Positions 39,435-50,310 are shown, counted from the first letter of the stretch. The stretch: DNA of 58,313 nt from Chitinophagaceae bacterium (GCA_036839005.1 DAITFD010000001.1:23766-82078); one strand, 5' to 3'. The notes: a model not told the origin generated them from the sequence alone. Made by a program: numbers and translations.

Positions 39435-41768
39435 TTGAAATATTTTTACGTGACGGTGTTTGTCATGCTGATGACAAATGCTGCAATTGCTCAAAACTGC
39501 AACTTTCGCCTCAGCGGCCATGTGGAAGATGAGGATGTGAAAGATAAGCTGACGGCTGCCGTGGTTACCATCATGGAAACCGGCGATCAGCGCATTACTG
39601 ATGCCCGGGGCGATTTTCTTTTTGAAAACCTGTGCGCCGGCACCTATACGGTACAAATTACCCATGTAAGTTGCGATACACTGATTAAGAAGATTTCTGT
39701 ATCTAAAGATGTACACTATGATTTTTACTTGCCGCATGCACGAAAAGTGTTGGGCGAAGTGGTGCTGCAATCGCAGAAGAGTCTTCCACCCGGAATAAAA
39801 AAAGAATTATCCGGTGAAGCCCTTCGGAATACCCGCGGATTATCGTTAGCCGAATCATTAAGCATCTTGAATGGCGTAACCCTGTTGCAAACCGGTGCCA
39901 CCATTTCCAAGCCGGTGATTCACGGGCTGCATGGCAGTCGTATCCTCACCATCAACAATGGCGTTCGGCAGGAAGGCCAGCAATGGGGCAATGAACACGC
40001 ACCGGAGATAGATCCCTACATTGCCGATAAGTTAACGGTGATTAAAGGAGTGGATGAACTCATGTACGGTTCTGATGCTATTGGTGGTGTAGTACTCGTT
40101 CAACCACGCCCCCTGAGGTTTTCACCGGGAGTACAGACCGAATGGAACAGCGGATATTTCACCAACAATCGCCAGATGGTATTTTCAGGCATAGCAGAAT
40201 TTACTCCGTTTACGCGTAACCGTTGGGCATTCAGATTACAGGGCACACATAAGCGGGGCGCCAATGTAAAAACACCGGATTACCGACTGAACAATACGGC
40301 CATGAAAGAAACAGGTTTATCGTTCACGGCGGGCTACAACGGCGGCGCGTTCACCAGCGAACTGTTTTACAGTGCGTTCACTACGGCGCTCGGCATTTTT
40401 GAAGGGGCTCATATTGGTAACCTGACCGATTTGCTCACGGCCATAGAATCCAATAAACCGGATGCGGTATACCTGGGTGAAAACACCTACACCATCGAGC
40501 GCCCGCGCCAGGAAGTGGAGCATCACCTGGTGAAATGGAAAGGGCGTTATACTCATCGGGGGCATAGTTTTCAGGCTACGCTGGCAGCTCAGTTTAACAA
40601 CCGGCAGGAATATGATGTAGTGCGAAGCAATAACAACACACCACAAATGGATTTGTTCATTCGCACCTTTTCACAGGATCTGGTATGGGAACAACCCACC
40701 CGAAAAGGATTTAAAGGAACGGCGGGGCTTTCATTCACTCAACAGAAAAACAGTTACAACGGACGATACTTTATACCTAACTATTTCGCGTATACGCTGG
40801 GAGGTTTCTATCTCGAAAAATGGAAGAAACACCGTTGGGAATTACAGGGCGGTGTTCGGTTTGATCATAAGTCAGTGGAAACATCCCGTTTGCGTTTTGG
40901 CGGTACCGTTATTGATAATGATTTTCGATTCAATACCCTGGCAGGTTCCCTCAATGTATTGTACACGGTTCATCCGCGATGGGTAATACAAACATCCGCG
41001 AGCCTTTCGTCACGCGCTCCCTATGTAAATGAGTTGCTGAGCGATGGCATCCACCATGGGGCGGCCACCTACGAGAAAGGCAAGCTGGATCTGGTGCCGG
41101 AAAAATCATTGCACCTCAGTACAGGCGTAACGTATAACAGCACAAACCGTGCGTTTCAGGCGGAGGTGTTGTTGTTCTCCCATTACATCCGCGATTTCAT
41201 TTACAGGAAACCTGTGCCGGATAGCCCGGTGCTCACTATTGCAGGAGCTTTTCCGCAAGTGGTGTACAGTCAGACCCATGCTCTGTTGCAGGGGGCAGAC
41301 GCCTCCTTTCAATGGAGTGTAGTACCGGCCATCAGCTGGACAGCTAAAATGAGTTTGTTGTATGCGAAAGACCGCCGTGCAAACGACTGGCTGATTGGTA
41401 TGCCGGCCAACCGGTATACAACCGGTGTTACTTATCAGGTGAAGGATTCAAAACACTGGAAACAAACCAGGCTAACCCTTGACGGCGAGCATGTAACCCG
41501 ACAAACACGTATTCCGGATGAAACGTTGGCTCCGGCAGATTACAAACTTCCACCGGAAGCATTCACCCTGATGAACCTGCATTTCTCCACTACCCGGCAT
41601 ATCGGTGCGGTACCTGTAACCGTTCGCATTTCGGTCCGCAACCTGCTCAATACAACGTATCGCCAGTACCTGAACAGTATGCGCTATTTCACCGATGAAA
41701 TGGGCAGGAATGTGGGCATCCATTTAAACGTACCTATTCATTTTAAAAAAATAAATCAATCATCATGA
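39435..41768 (+). CDS. TonB-dependent receptor (probable metal uptake)
   Basis: Signal peptide, plug motifs KPVIHGLHG.R, QEGQQWGNEHAPEID, YGSDAIGGV, EL.SDG.HHG, C-terminal N.LN..Y..Y...RYF.DEMGRN. Confidence 0.92.
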   Translation: MKYFYVTVFVMLMTNAAIAQNCNFRLSGHVEDEDVKDKLTAAVVTIMETGDQRITDARGDFLFENLCAGTYTVQITHVSCDTLIKKISVSKDVHYDFYLPHARKVLGEVVLQSQKSLPPGIKKELSGEALRNTRGLSLAESLSILNGVTLLQTGATISKPVIHGLHGSRILTINNGVRQEGQQWGNEHAPEIDPYIADKLTVIKGVDELMYGSDAIGGVVLVQPRPLRFSPGVQTEWNSGYFTNNRQMVFSGIAEFTPFTRNRWAFRLQGTHKRGANVKTPDYRLNNTAMKETGLSFTAGYNGGAFTSELFYSAFTTALGIFEGAHIGNLTDLLTAIESNKPDAVYLGENTYTIERPRQEVEHHLVKWKGRYTHRGHSFQATLAAQFNNRQEYDVVRSNNNTPQMDLFIRTFSQDLVWEQPTRKGFKGTAGLSFTQQKNSYNGRYFIPNYFAYTLGGFYLEKWKKHRWELQGGVRFDHKSVETSRLRFGGTVIDNDFRFNTLAGSLNVLYTVHPRWVIQTSASLSSRAPYVNELLSDGIHHGAATYEKGKLDLVPEKSLHLSTGVTYNSTNRAFQAEVLLFSHYIRDFIYRKPVPDSPVLTIAGAFPQVVYSQTHALLQGADASFQWSVVPAISWTAKMSLLYAKDRRANDWLIGMPANRYTTGVTYQVKDSKHWKQTRLTLDGEHVTRQTRIPDETLAPADYKLPPEAFTLMNLHFSTTRHIGAVPVTVRISVRNLLNTTYRQYLNSMRYFTDEMGRNVGIHLNVPIHFKKINQSS

Positions 41769-42328
41769 AAAAAAATTTCAAACTCTTTTTAGCGGCTGCA
41801 ATCTTTGGAAGTGTTGCTCTTACTTCCTGCAGCAAAGACAATGAAGAAAGCAATGACGAAGAACTGATTACCACCGTGGCGTTGTCTTTTACTCCGGTGG
41901 GTGGCGGGACAACGAATACTTTTCAGTTTAGGGATGTAGACGGACCCGGCGGTAATCCACCTGTGATAGATGAAATTGTACTTTCACCGGGCATGGCTTA
42001 TAATATGTCTGTTCGGGGGTTGAATGAATCTGTTACACCAACAGAAGATATTACGATTGAAATCAACAACGAATCCACCAGTCACCGTTTTTATCATCTG
42101 CCTTCTGCTGCATCCGGTATTGTGGTTGATAATTTGAATACCGATGGCAATGGTATAACCCTGGGCGTAACAGGAAGGGTAACCACTGGTGTGGCCTCCA
42201 CAGGCACATATCGTGTGGTATTGAGGCATTACGGCGCCACCCCACCCGATAAGGTAGAGGCTGACCCGGTAGATAGCCCCAAGTCTTCTTCCGATATTGA
42301 TATAACTTTTTCTGCTCGTGTAGAATAA
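41765..42328 (+). CDS. Lipoprotein partner of the TonB-dependent receptor
   Basis: Lipobox LTSC, EELITTV, D.DG.GGN.P, LRH, DIDITF; overlaps the receptor stop. Confidence 0.8.
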   Translation: MKKNFKLFLAAAIFGSVALTSCSKDNEESNDEELITTVALSFTPVGGGTTNTFQFRDVDGPGGNPPVIDEIVLSPGMAYNMSVRGLNESVTPTEDITIEINNESTSHRFYHLPSAASGIVVDNLNTDGNGITLGVTGRVTTGVASTGTYRVVLRHYGATPPDKVEADPVDSPKSSSDIDITFSARVE

Positions 42329-42348
42329 GTTGTTAGCACGATGAATAT

Positions 42349-42379
42349 AGGCTGTACATTTATTAGTACAGCCTTTTTT
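42349..42379 (+). terminator. Intrinsic terminator
   Basis: AGGCTGTAC-atttatta-GTACAGCCT followed by a T-tract. Confidence 0.85.
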
Positions 42380-42439
42380 ATGTTCATCCACTCGATTGCC
42401 TTCACGATTTAGACGTAATTTTACAAAAACAACATCATT

Positions 42440-43423
42440 ATGGAATACAGAAGATTAGGAAAGTCAGGACTGCAGGTCAGTGCACTTTCTTTTGGGAGTT
42501 GGGTGAGTTTCGATAAACAGATCAACGATAAGCAGGCGGAGGATATTATGAGTCTGGCCTACGATAGCGGCATTAACTTTTTTGATAACGCTGAAGTATA
42601 TGCGCTGGGAGAAAGCGAGCGTATGATGGGAAGAATTCTGAAAAAGAAGAAATGGGACAGAACCTCTTATGTGGTTTCATCCAAAGCATACTTCGGGCAT
42701 CGCGGAAAGGAAAACAAGCCCAACCAAACCGGTAACAGCCGCAAACATTTACTGGAAGCCTGTGATGAAGCCTTGCAGCGTTTTCAGTTGGATTACCTCG
42801 ATTTGTTTTTCTGCCACCGTGCCGATAAAAACACACCCATTGAAGAAACGGTTTGGGCTATGAACCACCTGATTCAACAGGGGAAAATTATGTATTGGGG
42901 AACCAGTGAATGGACAGGCGTTGAAATTATGGAAGCACACCGTGTGGCGCAGGCTTACCGTTTAATTGGCCCTACGATGGAACAACCTCAATACAATTTA
43001 TTTGAACGTACTAAGGTTGAATCTGACTACAGTGAAATATTTAAAAATGTAGGATTAGGCACTACCATCTGGAGTCCGCTGGCCTCCGGCTTATTGAGCG
43101 GAAAGTACAATGAGGGTATTCCTAAAGGCAGCCGCTTTGCCCTTGCCGGTTTTGATTGGCTGAAGGAGCGGTGGATGACAGATGAAAACCTCAAAAAAGT
43201 AAAAAAGCTGGCAGACCTTTCCAAAAAACTCGGTATCTCCACTGCGGTGATGAGCATTGCCTGGTGTCTGAAAAACCCGAATGTAAGTACGGTTATTTTA
43301 GGAGCCACCAAAAAAACACAGTTACAGGAGAACCTGAAAGCGCTGGACGCAGTGCCATTGTTAACAGATGAGGTGATGGAGAAGATTGAAAAAATCATGA
43401 ACAATAAACCGGCTATTCTTTAA
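42440..43423 (+). CDS. Aldo/keto reductase (Kv-beta-like)
   Basis: MEYRRLGKSGLQVS, FFDNAEVY, YWGTSEW, WSPLASGLLSGKY. Confidence 0.93.
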   Translation: MEYRRLGKSGLQVSALSFGSWVSFDKQINDKQAEDIMSLAYDSGINFFDNAEVYALGESERMMGRILKKKKWDRTSYVVSSKAYFGHRGKENKPNQTGNSRKHLLEACDEALQRFQLDYLDLFFCHRADKNTPIEETVWAMNHLIQQGKIMYWGTSEWTGVEIMEAHRVAQAYRLIGPTMEQPQYNLFERTKVESDYSEIFKNVGLGTTIWSPLASGLLSGKYNEGIPKGSRFALAGFDWLKERWMTDENLKKVKKLADLSKKLGISTAVMSIAWCLKNPNVSTVILGATKKTQLQENLKALDAVPLLTDEVMEKIEKIMNNKPAIL

Positions 43424-43486
43424 AATTACCGGAAACGCATCTGATCTTTACAGGCAAACTGTTTTCCGGTGTAAAAAGTTCAAAAC

Positions 43487-43834
43487 ATGATTCATGTATA
43501 TGGCATTCCAAACTGCGATTCAGTGAAAAAAGCATTGCAGTGGCTGAAGCATCACGATATGGCTTTTACATTTCACAACTTCCGAACTGACGGTATTACT
43601 GCCTCACTATTGAAAAAATGGAGTGCAAAAGCCGGATGGGAAGTGCTGTTGAATAAGAAGAGTACCACCTGGCGCGGGTTAACACCGGAGGAACAGGATG
43701 TTACCATGCAGGCGGGGGCAGTGCAACTCATGAAGCAATATCCGTCATTGATAAAGCGACCGGTTATTGAGTACAACAATGAGTTGCTGGTAGGGTATAA
43801 CGAAGAGGCATACACGAAACATTTAAAATCATAA
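43487..43834 (+). CDS. ArsC/Spx (YffB-like) family protein
   Basis: YGIPNCDSVKKA, LLNKKSTTWR, PSLIKRPV. Confidence 0.9.
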   Translation: MIHVYGIPNCDSVKKALQWLKHHDMAFTFHNFRTDGITASLLKKWSAKAGWEVLLNKKSTTWRGLTPEEQDVTMQAGAVQLMKQYPSLIKRPVIEYNNELLVGYNEEAYTKHLKS

Positions 43835-43835
43835 C

Positions 43836-44657
43836 ATGAAGCTGCAACATCTCACTGCATTTATTACAGGGGCCAGCCGCGGAATCGGCAAAGCCATTGC
43901 ATTAAAACTGGCCGCAGAGGGCGCAAACATTGTAGTAGTGGCTAAGTCGGTAGAGGAAGATCCGCGACTGGGCGGAACCATTCATTCCGCAGCGGCAGAA
44001 ATTGAAGCTGCCGGTGGTAAAGCGCTGGCGGTGCAGTGTGATATACGGTATGAAGATCAGGTGAACGAAGCGGTACAACGCGCCGTTGATACCTTTGGAG
44101 GCATTGATATCCTCATCAACAATGCGTCAGCCATTAACCTGTCTACTACCGAACAACTGCCCGTAAGCCGGTACGATTTAATGCAGGCTGTGAACGTGCG
44201 CGGTACTTTTATCGTATCCAGGGCCTGTATTCCTCATTTGAAAAAGAGCACGCGGGCTCATATCTTAACCCTGTCTCCGCCTATTAACCTGAATAAAAGA
44301 TGGTTTGGTCAGCATACAGCCTATACCGTTAGTAAGTACGGGATGTCAATGATAGCCCTCGGGTTGTCAGAAGAGTTAAAGCAATATGGCATTGCTTCCA
44401 ACACCCTGTGGCCACTCACTACTATCGATACAGCTGCTGTACGCAATTTACTGGGGGGTGAGGCACTGGCTAAGATGAGCAGAACCCCTGAAATTATTGC
44501 TGATGCGGTACTGGCCATTGTAACCAGGCCACCCGCCGAATGTACCGGCAATCATTTTATTGATGAAGAGGTGCTAAAGGAGCAGGGAGTCACAGATTTT
44601 ACCCCATACGCCGTGGTGCCGGGAGCAAATCTGTACAAAGATTTGTTTCTCGATTAA
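43836..44657 (+). CDS. SDR oxidoreductase (HSDL2/citronellol dehydrogenase-like)
   Basis: TGASRGIG, NNASAI, YTVSKYGMS, LWP.T.I.TAA. Confidence 0.92.
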   Translation: MKLQHLTAFITGASRGIGKAIALKLAAEGANIVVVAKSVEEDPRLGGTIHSAAAEIEAAGGKALAVQCDIRYEDQVNEAVQRAVDTFGGIDILINNASAINLSTTEQLPVSRYDLMQAVNVRGTFIVSRACIPHLKKSTRAHILTLSPPINLNKRWFGQHTAYTVSKYGMSMIALGLSEELKQYGIASNTLWPLTTIDTAAVRNLLGGEALAKMSRTPEIIADAVLAIVTRPPAECTGNHFIDEEVLKEQGVTDFTPYAVVPGANLYKDLFLD

Positions 44658-44711
44658 GCATACGATGCCTCCGGTGCGATGGCATCGGTTTACTGAAATA
44701 TATCAATCAGG

Positions 44712-45110
44712 TCAGAGATTGGGTGCATCATCCGGGCGGTCGGAATTATATCCAACCAGCAAGGCGGCGATGGTTAAGCCTATGTCTTTTAACATCATCA
44801 GCAAAGCCTCCTGCTTTACAAATTCATCTTCTCCACTCACAACCATGGGTACATGAATGGTGAAAATAAAAATCAATAACATGGCTGCCAGACTATAACA
44901 GGCCAGTTTGGTGTATTTATTCAGTAAAATAGCCAACGCAAACAGGATGAAACCGGTACCGGTTATATATACCCAAATAACACCTCCGGGCACATAATCA
45001 GGTACTTTTTTCGCCATGTTGTCGGCATAGAATAAATGAAAAATTCCAAATAAGCCCATGATAAGCGCAAACACCACACAGGCAAGACGGTGGTTTGACA
45101 TTTTTCCCAT
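44712..45110 (-). CDS. DoxX-like membrane protein
   Basis: FG.FH, VP...PGG..WVY.TG, IH.P, LKD.GL; 4 TM. Confidence 0.8.
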   Translation of the reverse strand: MGKMSNHRLACVVFALIMGLFGIFHLFYADNMAKKVPDYVPGGVIWVYITGTGFILFALAILLNKYTKLACYSLAAMLLIFIFTIHVPMVVSGEDEFVKQEALLMMLKDIGLTIAALLVGYNSDRPDDAPNL

Positions 45111-45358
45111 ATGCTTAATGTTTTAATAAATATAAGGGAAAATTTTAATAAAAGACTACAATCGGGAATTTTTGGCCCACTCAGGGCAAGCAATGTGTGA
45201 TGGAAATCCTGCAGCCCGAGGTTATAATCACGTAAAGGCATAGGGGCAGTAATGCCTGTGCATGGCGGTTTCAGCCAAAACGGCACACGAAACACGTTCC
45301 CATTTTCATGTGCTGAAACGGAAGGTTTGTTTACCCATAAAAAAACAATCGCTACATT

Positions 45359-47473
45359 TTACCTCAATAACTCCTTGGGAATTGGTTTTTTGATCAGGTG
45401 CTCGTAAATGAAACGGTTTTTCAGATTGTAATGGTGAATGCCCTGTTTGCCGGTGATGCCATGACGATTGCCACCGTACAGCATCATGTCAAAGGTTTTG
45501 TTTTTCATCTGTAAATCGGTAGCCAGCCGGATTGTATGCTGAGGATGTACATTTTCATCTATCAATCCGTGTACCAGTTGCAGCTTTCCTTTGTACTGAT
45601 GGGTGTATTGCATTACACTGCTTTTTTTATATCCTTCCGGATTGGTTTTCGGTGTACCCATGAAGCGTTCTGTATAATGGGTATCGTACAAACTCCAGTC
45701 TGTTACACTGCCACCGGCCATGCCATGAGTAAAATAATCTGCACCATACGTTAATGCATAAGCGCTCAGGTATCCGCCATAGCTGAAACCGGTAATGGCT
45801 ATACGTTCAGGGTCGGCCTGACGATTGGCGATGAGCCATTTTACCTGTGTGATATAGTCAGTCATTTCCCAGTAACCCAGATTGTGGTGCAGGTAATCTG
45901 TTCCTTCTTTTCCAAAATGGGAGCTGCCGCGGTGTTCCAGAATAACCTGCATCAATCCTTCTTTGGCAAACCATTGCTGGGTGCCGGATAAGCGCCAGTT
46001 GTCCATTACATCATTTCTCGCCGGGCCGCCATAAATTGAAATCAGCACCGGATATTTTTTTCCGGGTTCCATGTTTAACGGCTGAATGATGCGAATAGGC
46101 AAGTCGAATTTTCCATCTTCACTTTTTATGCGCAATATTTCCGTTAGGGCAAGCTGATAATTATCAAAACCGGCCGTACGGCTATGGTGTAAGTCTTTGG
46201 CTTTGCCATTTTCACTGAGAATGGCAATCGCATTTGGCGTTTGTGCGTTTCCGTAAGTGTATGTGATGTGTTTGGCATTGGGAGAAACAGTAATCTGTGT
46301 GTGATGGTAATTATCTGAAGTTAGCTGTTTTATTTTTTTGCCATTGAGTGATGCCCTGAAAATCTGTACGCGTGTTGAATTGACTCTGGTTCGGGCGGTG
46401 AATATCACATCCTTTGTGTTGTTCCAAAGAATTTCTTCAACCATCAGCGGTCCGCTGGTAACAGCATTAAGCCTTTTTCCGGCAGCGTTATGGAGGTATA
46501 TATGATTGTATCCTTCATTGTTACTGAGTAATAACAGGTTGCCATTGCTCAGAAACCGGAGGCGGTCTCCTTCGTCGTCTAAATTAATCCAGGTATGGGT
46601 GCGTTCTTCATACCAAAGAGATTTACTTCCGTTTGCAGGCTGAACCTCATAAATTTTCAATTCATTCTGTGCGCGGTTCATCCATTGAACCAGCAATGTG
46701 TTGCCATCCGGTTTCCAGTAGGGCAAGCCAAAATACTGATCATCGGTTTCATTGAAATCGCACCAGGTAATGTTTCCCCCGCCAGATGCCACAATACCAA
46801 TCTTAATTTCAGGGTTTGCATCTCCCGGCTTGGGATAACGGAGTTTTTCTACATATCCACCGGCACCGCCGTCATCCGTTAAAGTATATTCGGGTACCCG
46901 CGTATCGTTGCTTCTGAAGAACGCCAGGTGCTTACTGTCCGGGCTCCACCAGAAAGCACGATAATTGGAGCGGCGGCCCAGAATTTCTTCCATATACACC
47001 CAGGATGCATACCCATTCAGAATCAGTTCCGAACCATCCTGTGTTATCCTGATTTCGCGCGATGTTTCAATGTGATAGGTGTATAAATCATTGTTGCGGG
47101 TGAAGGCAATGTACTGCCCGTCAGGACTCAAGACTGGGTTCTTTTCCTGTTCAGGGGTAGATGTAATCCGGCGGTCATTGAGAAAAATGTCATGGTCTTT
47201 TATTTTCACAGACTGTTCAGCACGGCCGTCGGGCTTTCCTTTGTATTCCTCCATCGTGCCGGTAAGGGCATTTACCAGAAAAGATTTACGATCCTTCATC
47301 ATCACAAACTCTTTGTCATTCTCAAAACGAAGTACTACCGGTAAAGGTTGTACGATATCGTCGAGTTTGTTTTCAAAATACTGAGCATTAGTTAATTGCT
47401 TTTTTTGTGCGTGCAGTGATACAGTGATGCAACAAGTTAAAACCCAAAGGCAGAGCGTTTTCAGTTTAAACAT
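45359..47473 (-). CDS. S9B dipeptidyl peptidase IV family protein
   Basis: DPP IV N-domain (WVYMEE, WWSPD, YPKPG), GFSYGG, YDTHYTERFM, HG..DENVH. Confidence 0.93.
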   Translation of the reverse strand: MFKLKTLCLWVLTCCITVSLHAQKKQLTNAQYFENKLDDIVQPLPVVLRFENDKEFVMMKDRKSFLVNALTGTMEEYKGKPDGRAEQSVKIKDHDIFLNDRRITSTPEQEKNPVLSPDGQYIAFTRNNDLYTYHIETSREIRITQDGSELILNGYASWVYMEEILGRRSNYRAFWWSPDSKHLAFFRSNDTRVPEYTLTDDGGAGGYVEKLRYPKPGDANPEIKIGIVASGGGNITWCDFNETDDQYFGLPYWKPDGNTLLVQWMNRAQNELKIYEVQPANGSKSLWYEERTHTWINLDDEGDRLRFLSNGNLLLLSNNEGYNHIYLHNAAGKRLNAVTSGPLMVEEILWNNTKDVIFTARTRVNSTRVQIFRASLNGKKIKQLTSDNYHHTQITVSPNAKHITYTYGNAQTPNAIAILSENGKAKDLHHSRTAGFDNYQLALTEILRIKSEDGKFDLPIRIIQPLNMEPGKKYPVLISIYGGPARNDVMDNWRLSGTQQWFAKEGLMQVILEHRGSSHFGKEGTDYLHHNLGYWEMTDYITQVKWLIANRQADPERIAITGFSYGGYLSAYALTYGADYFTHGMAGGSVTDWSLYDTHYTERFMGTPKTNPEGYKKSSVMQYTHQYKGKLQLVHGLIDENVHPQHTIRLATDLQMKNKTFDMMLYGGNRHGITGKQGIHHYNLKNRFIYEHLIKKPIPKELLR

Positions 47474-47504
47474 ATCCGAAATATTTTAAGCAATTTATGC
47501 ATAT

Positions 47505-47537
47505 AAAAAGAAACACTCATCTTTTTAGGGATGAGTG
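47505..47537 (-). terminator. Probable intrinsic terminator of lysS
   Basis: CACTCATC-tttttagg-GATGAGTG stem with an A-rich run on its left, which is the U-tract on the minus strand. Confidence 0.6.
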
Positions 47538-47563
47538 GTGTAACATGAGTTTTAGTTAAAATA

Positions 47564-49084
47564 TCAATCATTCTTTTCCGGGCGCATCATCGGAAAGAAC
47601 AGTACATCCTGAATGCTTTCCTGTCCGGTAAACAGCATGCACAGCCTGTCTACTCCAAATCCGATACCGCTGGTAGGAGGCATGCCGTATTCCAGTGCAC
47701 GCAGGAAATCATGGTCAATGAACATGGCTTCATCGTCTCCACGTTCCATCAGTTGAACCTGTTCTTCAAATCGTTCACGCTGTTCGATGGGGTCGTTCAG
47801 TTCACTGTAGGCATTGGCAATTTCCTTCCCGTTCACAATCAGTTCAAATCGTTCTACCAGTCCGGGTTTACTGCGGTGTTTTTTAGTGAGCGGACTCATC
47901 TCTACCGGGTAATCAGTGATAAATGTAGGTTGTACATAATGGTGTTCACATTTCTCCCCGAAGATTTCGTCAATCAGTTTTCCTTTGCCCCATTTCATAT
48001 CTGCATGTATGCCTAACTGTTTGCATACTTCGCGGATACCGTTTTCATCCATAGCGCTGATATCGATGCCGGTATGTTCAAGAATGGCATCATACATCGA
48101 TATTTTTTTAAACGGCGGTTTAAAGCTGATGGATTTGTTGCCTATCGTAACCTCAGTGTTTCCGCACACCGCGAGGGCTGCCTTTTCCAGGAGTTGTTCT
48201 GTGGTGTGCATCATCCATTCGTAATCTTTATACGCCACATAAAATTCGAGAATGGTAAATTCAGGATTATGGGTGCGGTCCATCCCTTCATTCCTGAAAT
48301 TCCGGCTGAACTCGTACACCCATTCAAATCCGCCTACAATCAGTCTTTTAAGATACAGTTCATTGGCAATGCGCAGATACATCGGAACATCCAGCGCGTT
48401 GTGGTGGGTGATGAACGGACGAGCGGCAGCACCGCCGGGAATGTTTTGCAACACCGGAGTATCTACTTCCACAGCACCCTGTGTGTTCAGGTATTCTCGG
48501 ATGGCATTCACCATTTTAGTGCGTTTAAGAAAAACATCTTTTACACCGGGGTTTACAATTAAATCTGCATAACGCTGGCGGTATCTGAATTCAGGATCGG
48601 TTACTTCATCAAACGTTTCTCCTTCTTTTTCCTTCACAATGGGCAGGGGCCGCAAAGATTTGCTGAGTAAGGTAAACTCACGTACGTGCACAGAAATCTC
48701 TCCGGTTTTTGTGGTAAAAACATAGCCTTTGATGCCAATGATATCGCCTATATCAATCAGCTTTTTCCATAATTGCTGATACATTGTTTTATCTTCTCCC
48801 GGGCAGATATCATCCTGCTTCAGGTAGAACTGAATCTTCCCCCGGTCATCCTGCAACACTCCAAAACTGGCTTTGCCCATATCGCGAACACTCATCAGCC
48901 TTCCGGCCAGACAAACATCTGCAAACGAATCTTTAAGTTCTTCTGTAAATTTTGATTTGATATCTGCAGAATGCATATTCACCGGATACAGGGCCGCCGG
49001 GTAAGGGTCAATATTCAGGGCTTTAATATCTTCCAGTTTAGCCCTCCTGATTTGTTCCTGTTCTGATAAATGCGCTGTACTCAT
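47564..49084 (-). CDS. lysS: Lysine--tRNA ligase (class II)
   Basis: YRQRYADL, GGAAARPFITHHN, YLRIANELYLKRL, FRNEG...HNPEF, YGMPPTSGIGFGVDRL; start placed at MSTAHLSEQE. Confidence 0.98.
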   Translation of the reverse strand: MSTAHLSEQEQIRRAKLEDIKALNIDPYPAALYPVNMHSADIKSKFTEELKDSFADVCLAGRLMSVRDMGKASFGVLQDDRGKIQFYLKQDDICPGEDKTMYQQLWKKLIDIGDIIGIKGYVFTTKTGEISVHVREFTLLSKSLRPLPIVKEKEGETFDEVTDPEFRYRQRYADLIVNPGVKDVFLKRTKMVNAIREYLNTQGAVEVDTPVLQNIPGGAAARPFITHHNALDVPMYLRIANELYLKRLIVGGFEWVYEFSRNFRNEGMDRTHNPEFTILEFYVAYKDYEWMMHTTEQLLEKAALAVCGNTEVTIGNKSISFKPPFKKISMYDAILEHTGIDISAMDENGIREVCKQLGIHADMKWGKGKLIDEIFGEKCEHHYVQPTFITDYPVEMSPLTKKHRSKPGLVERFELIVNGKEIANAYSELNDPIEQRERFEEQVQLMERGDDEAMFIDHDFLRALEYGMPPTSGIGFGVDRLCMLFTGQESIQDVLFFPMMRPEKND

Positions 49085-49179
49085 AATACGTAATTGGATG
49101 GCAAAGGTAATATTTATAGGGCTTACCGCGGGTTGATTTTGGCAAAGAAGTTGCAGTATAATCAATAAATTTGTGCATC

Positions 49180-49881
49180 ATGAAAAAATTAAGCGTATTG
49201 GTATGTATGGCGGGATTGATGTTCTTTTCTTCCTGCGATGTAATAAAGCAACTGCCCGGATACAGTGCCGTAACTGAAGAAGAGGCCGGTGATGGAATTA
49301 AACAGGCATTATCGCAGGGGTTAGGTAAAGCGGTAACCTCGCTGAACGTAACCGATGGTTTTTTCAGGAATGAGTTGTACAAGGTGTTGTTGCCGGAAGA
49401 GGCACGCCGGATAGAAAACACCATGCGCACGCTGGGGTTGGGCAGTATGGTTGATCAGGCCGTATTAGCAATCAACCGGGGCGCGGAAGATGCCGTAGGT
49501 TATGCCAAGCCCATTTTTGTGGATGCCATCACCTCCATGACCTTATCGGACGCTTTGGGCATTGTTCGCGGTGGAGATACCAGTGCAACGAACTATTTCA
49601 GAACCAAAACCACTGATAAATTACATCAGGCATTTTATCCGGTCATCAAATCTTCTCTGGATAAGGTAAGCGCCACGAGGTATTACGATGATTTAATTAA
49701 CCGGTATAATGATTTCCCGACAACCATTCGTAAAATCAATCCGGATCTCTCGGCCCATGTAACCAATCGCGCTACCAATGCGTTGTTTGATATGATTGCC
49801 CGCGAGGAAAAAAACATCCGGGAGAATCCAATGGCGCGCACCACCGAACTGCTGAAAAAAGTATTTGGTTCGGCGTTGTAG
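49180..49881 (+). CDS. DUF4197 family lipoprotein
   Basis: Lipobox FSSC, G.KQAL..G, NRGAEDA...AKPIFVDAI, EEKNIRENP..RTT.LLKKVFG. Confidence 0.9.
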   Translation: MKKLSVLVCMAGLMFFSSCDVIKQLPGYSAVTEEEAGDGIKQALSQGLGKAVTSLNVTDGFFRNELYKVLLPEEARRIENTMRTLGLGSMVDQAVLAINRGAEDAVGYAKPIFVDAITSMTLSDALGIVRGGDTSATNYFRTKTTDKLHQAFYPVIKSSLDKVSATRYYDDLINRYNDFPTTIRKINPDLSAHVTNRATNALFDMIAREEKNIRENPMARTTELLKKVFGSAL

Positions 49882-50276
49882 TTTTATGAGAATAGATGTA
49901 AACGAATGCGTTTATTTGAGTAAGAAGTATGATATACAACCGCTAATTGAAACCACGGAAAGATGTTCATCCATCTGTTCAAACAATACGCCTAACCGAT
50001 CATGAATATGATTATTCGCATTCAAAAATATTTAAGCCTTATGTTCACGCGTTGTTTTAAGAAACGATGCTGCCATTTTGAATGATAGCGGGTTGTGTGA
50101 TTACATTGAGTTAAATTAATGTTTCGTATAGTTTTAGGTATATACTAACGGTGATGCATAGGTTGTTTGTTTTCATTGCCTGTCCGTCATCTATCTTTCG
50201 TACGGTTTGATTTTTCATACAGACACATTGCTTCTATAAAAGAAATTCATTACCCATTTTACCCGCCTTTGGGGAA

Positions 50277-50307
50277 TTGAAAGCGCCGGTAAGTTTTTGT
50301 ATTTTCG
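50277..50307 (+). promoter_or_regulatory. Promoter of array unit 1 (TTG-N20-TATTTTCG)
   Basis: Same architecture and 20-nt spacing in units 2 (50469-50499), 3 (50661-50691) and 4 (50866-50896). Confidence 0.65.
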
Positions 50308-50310
50308 ACC

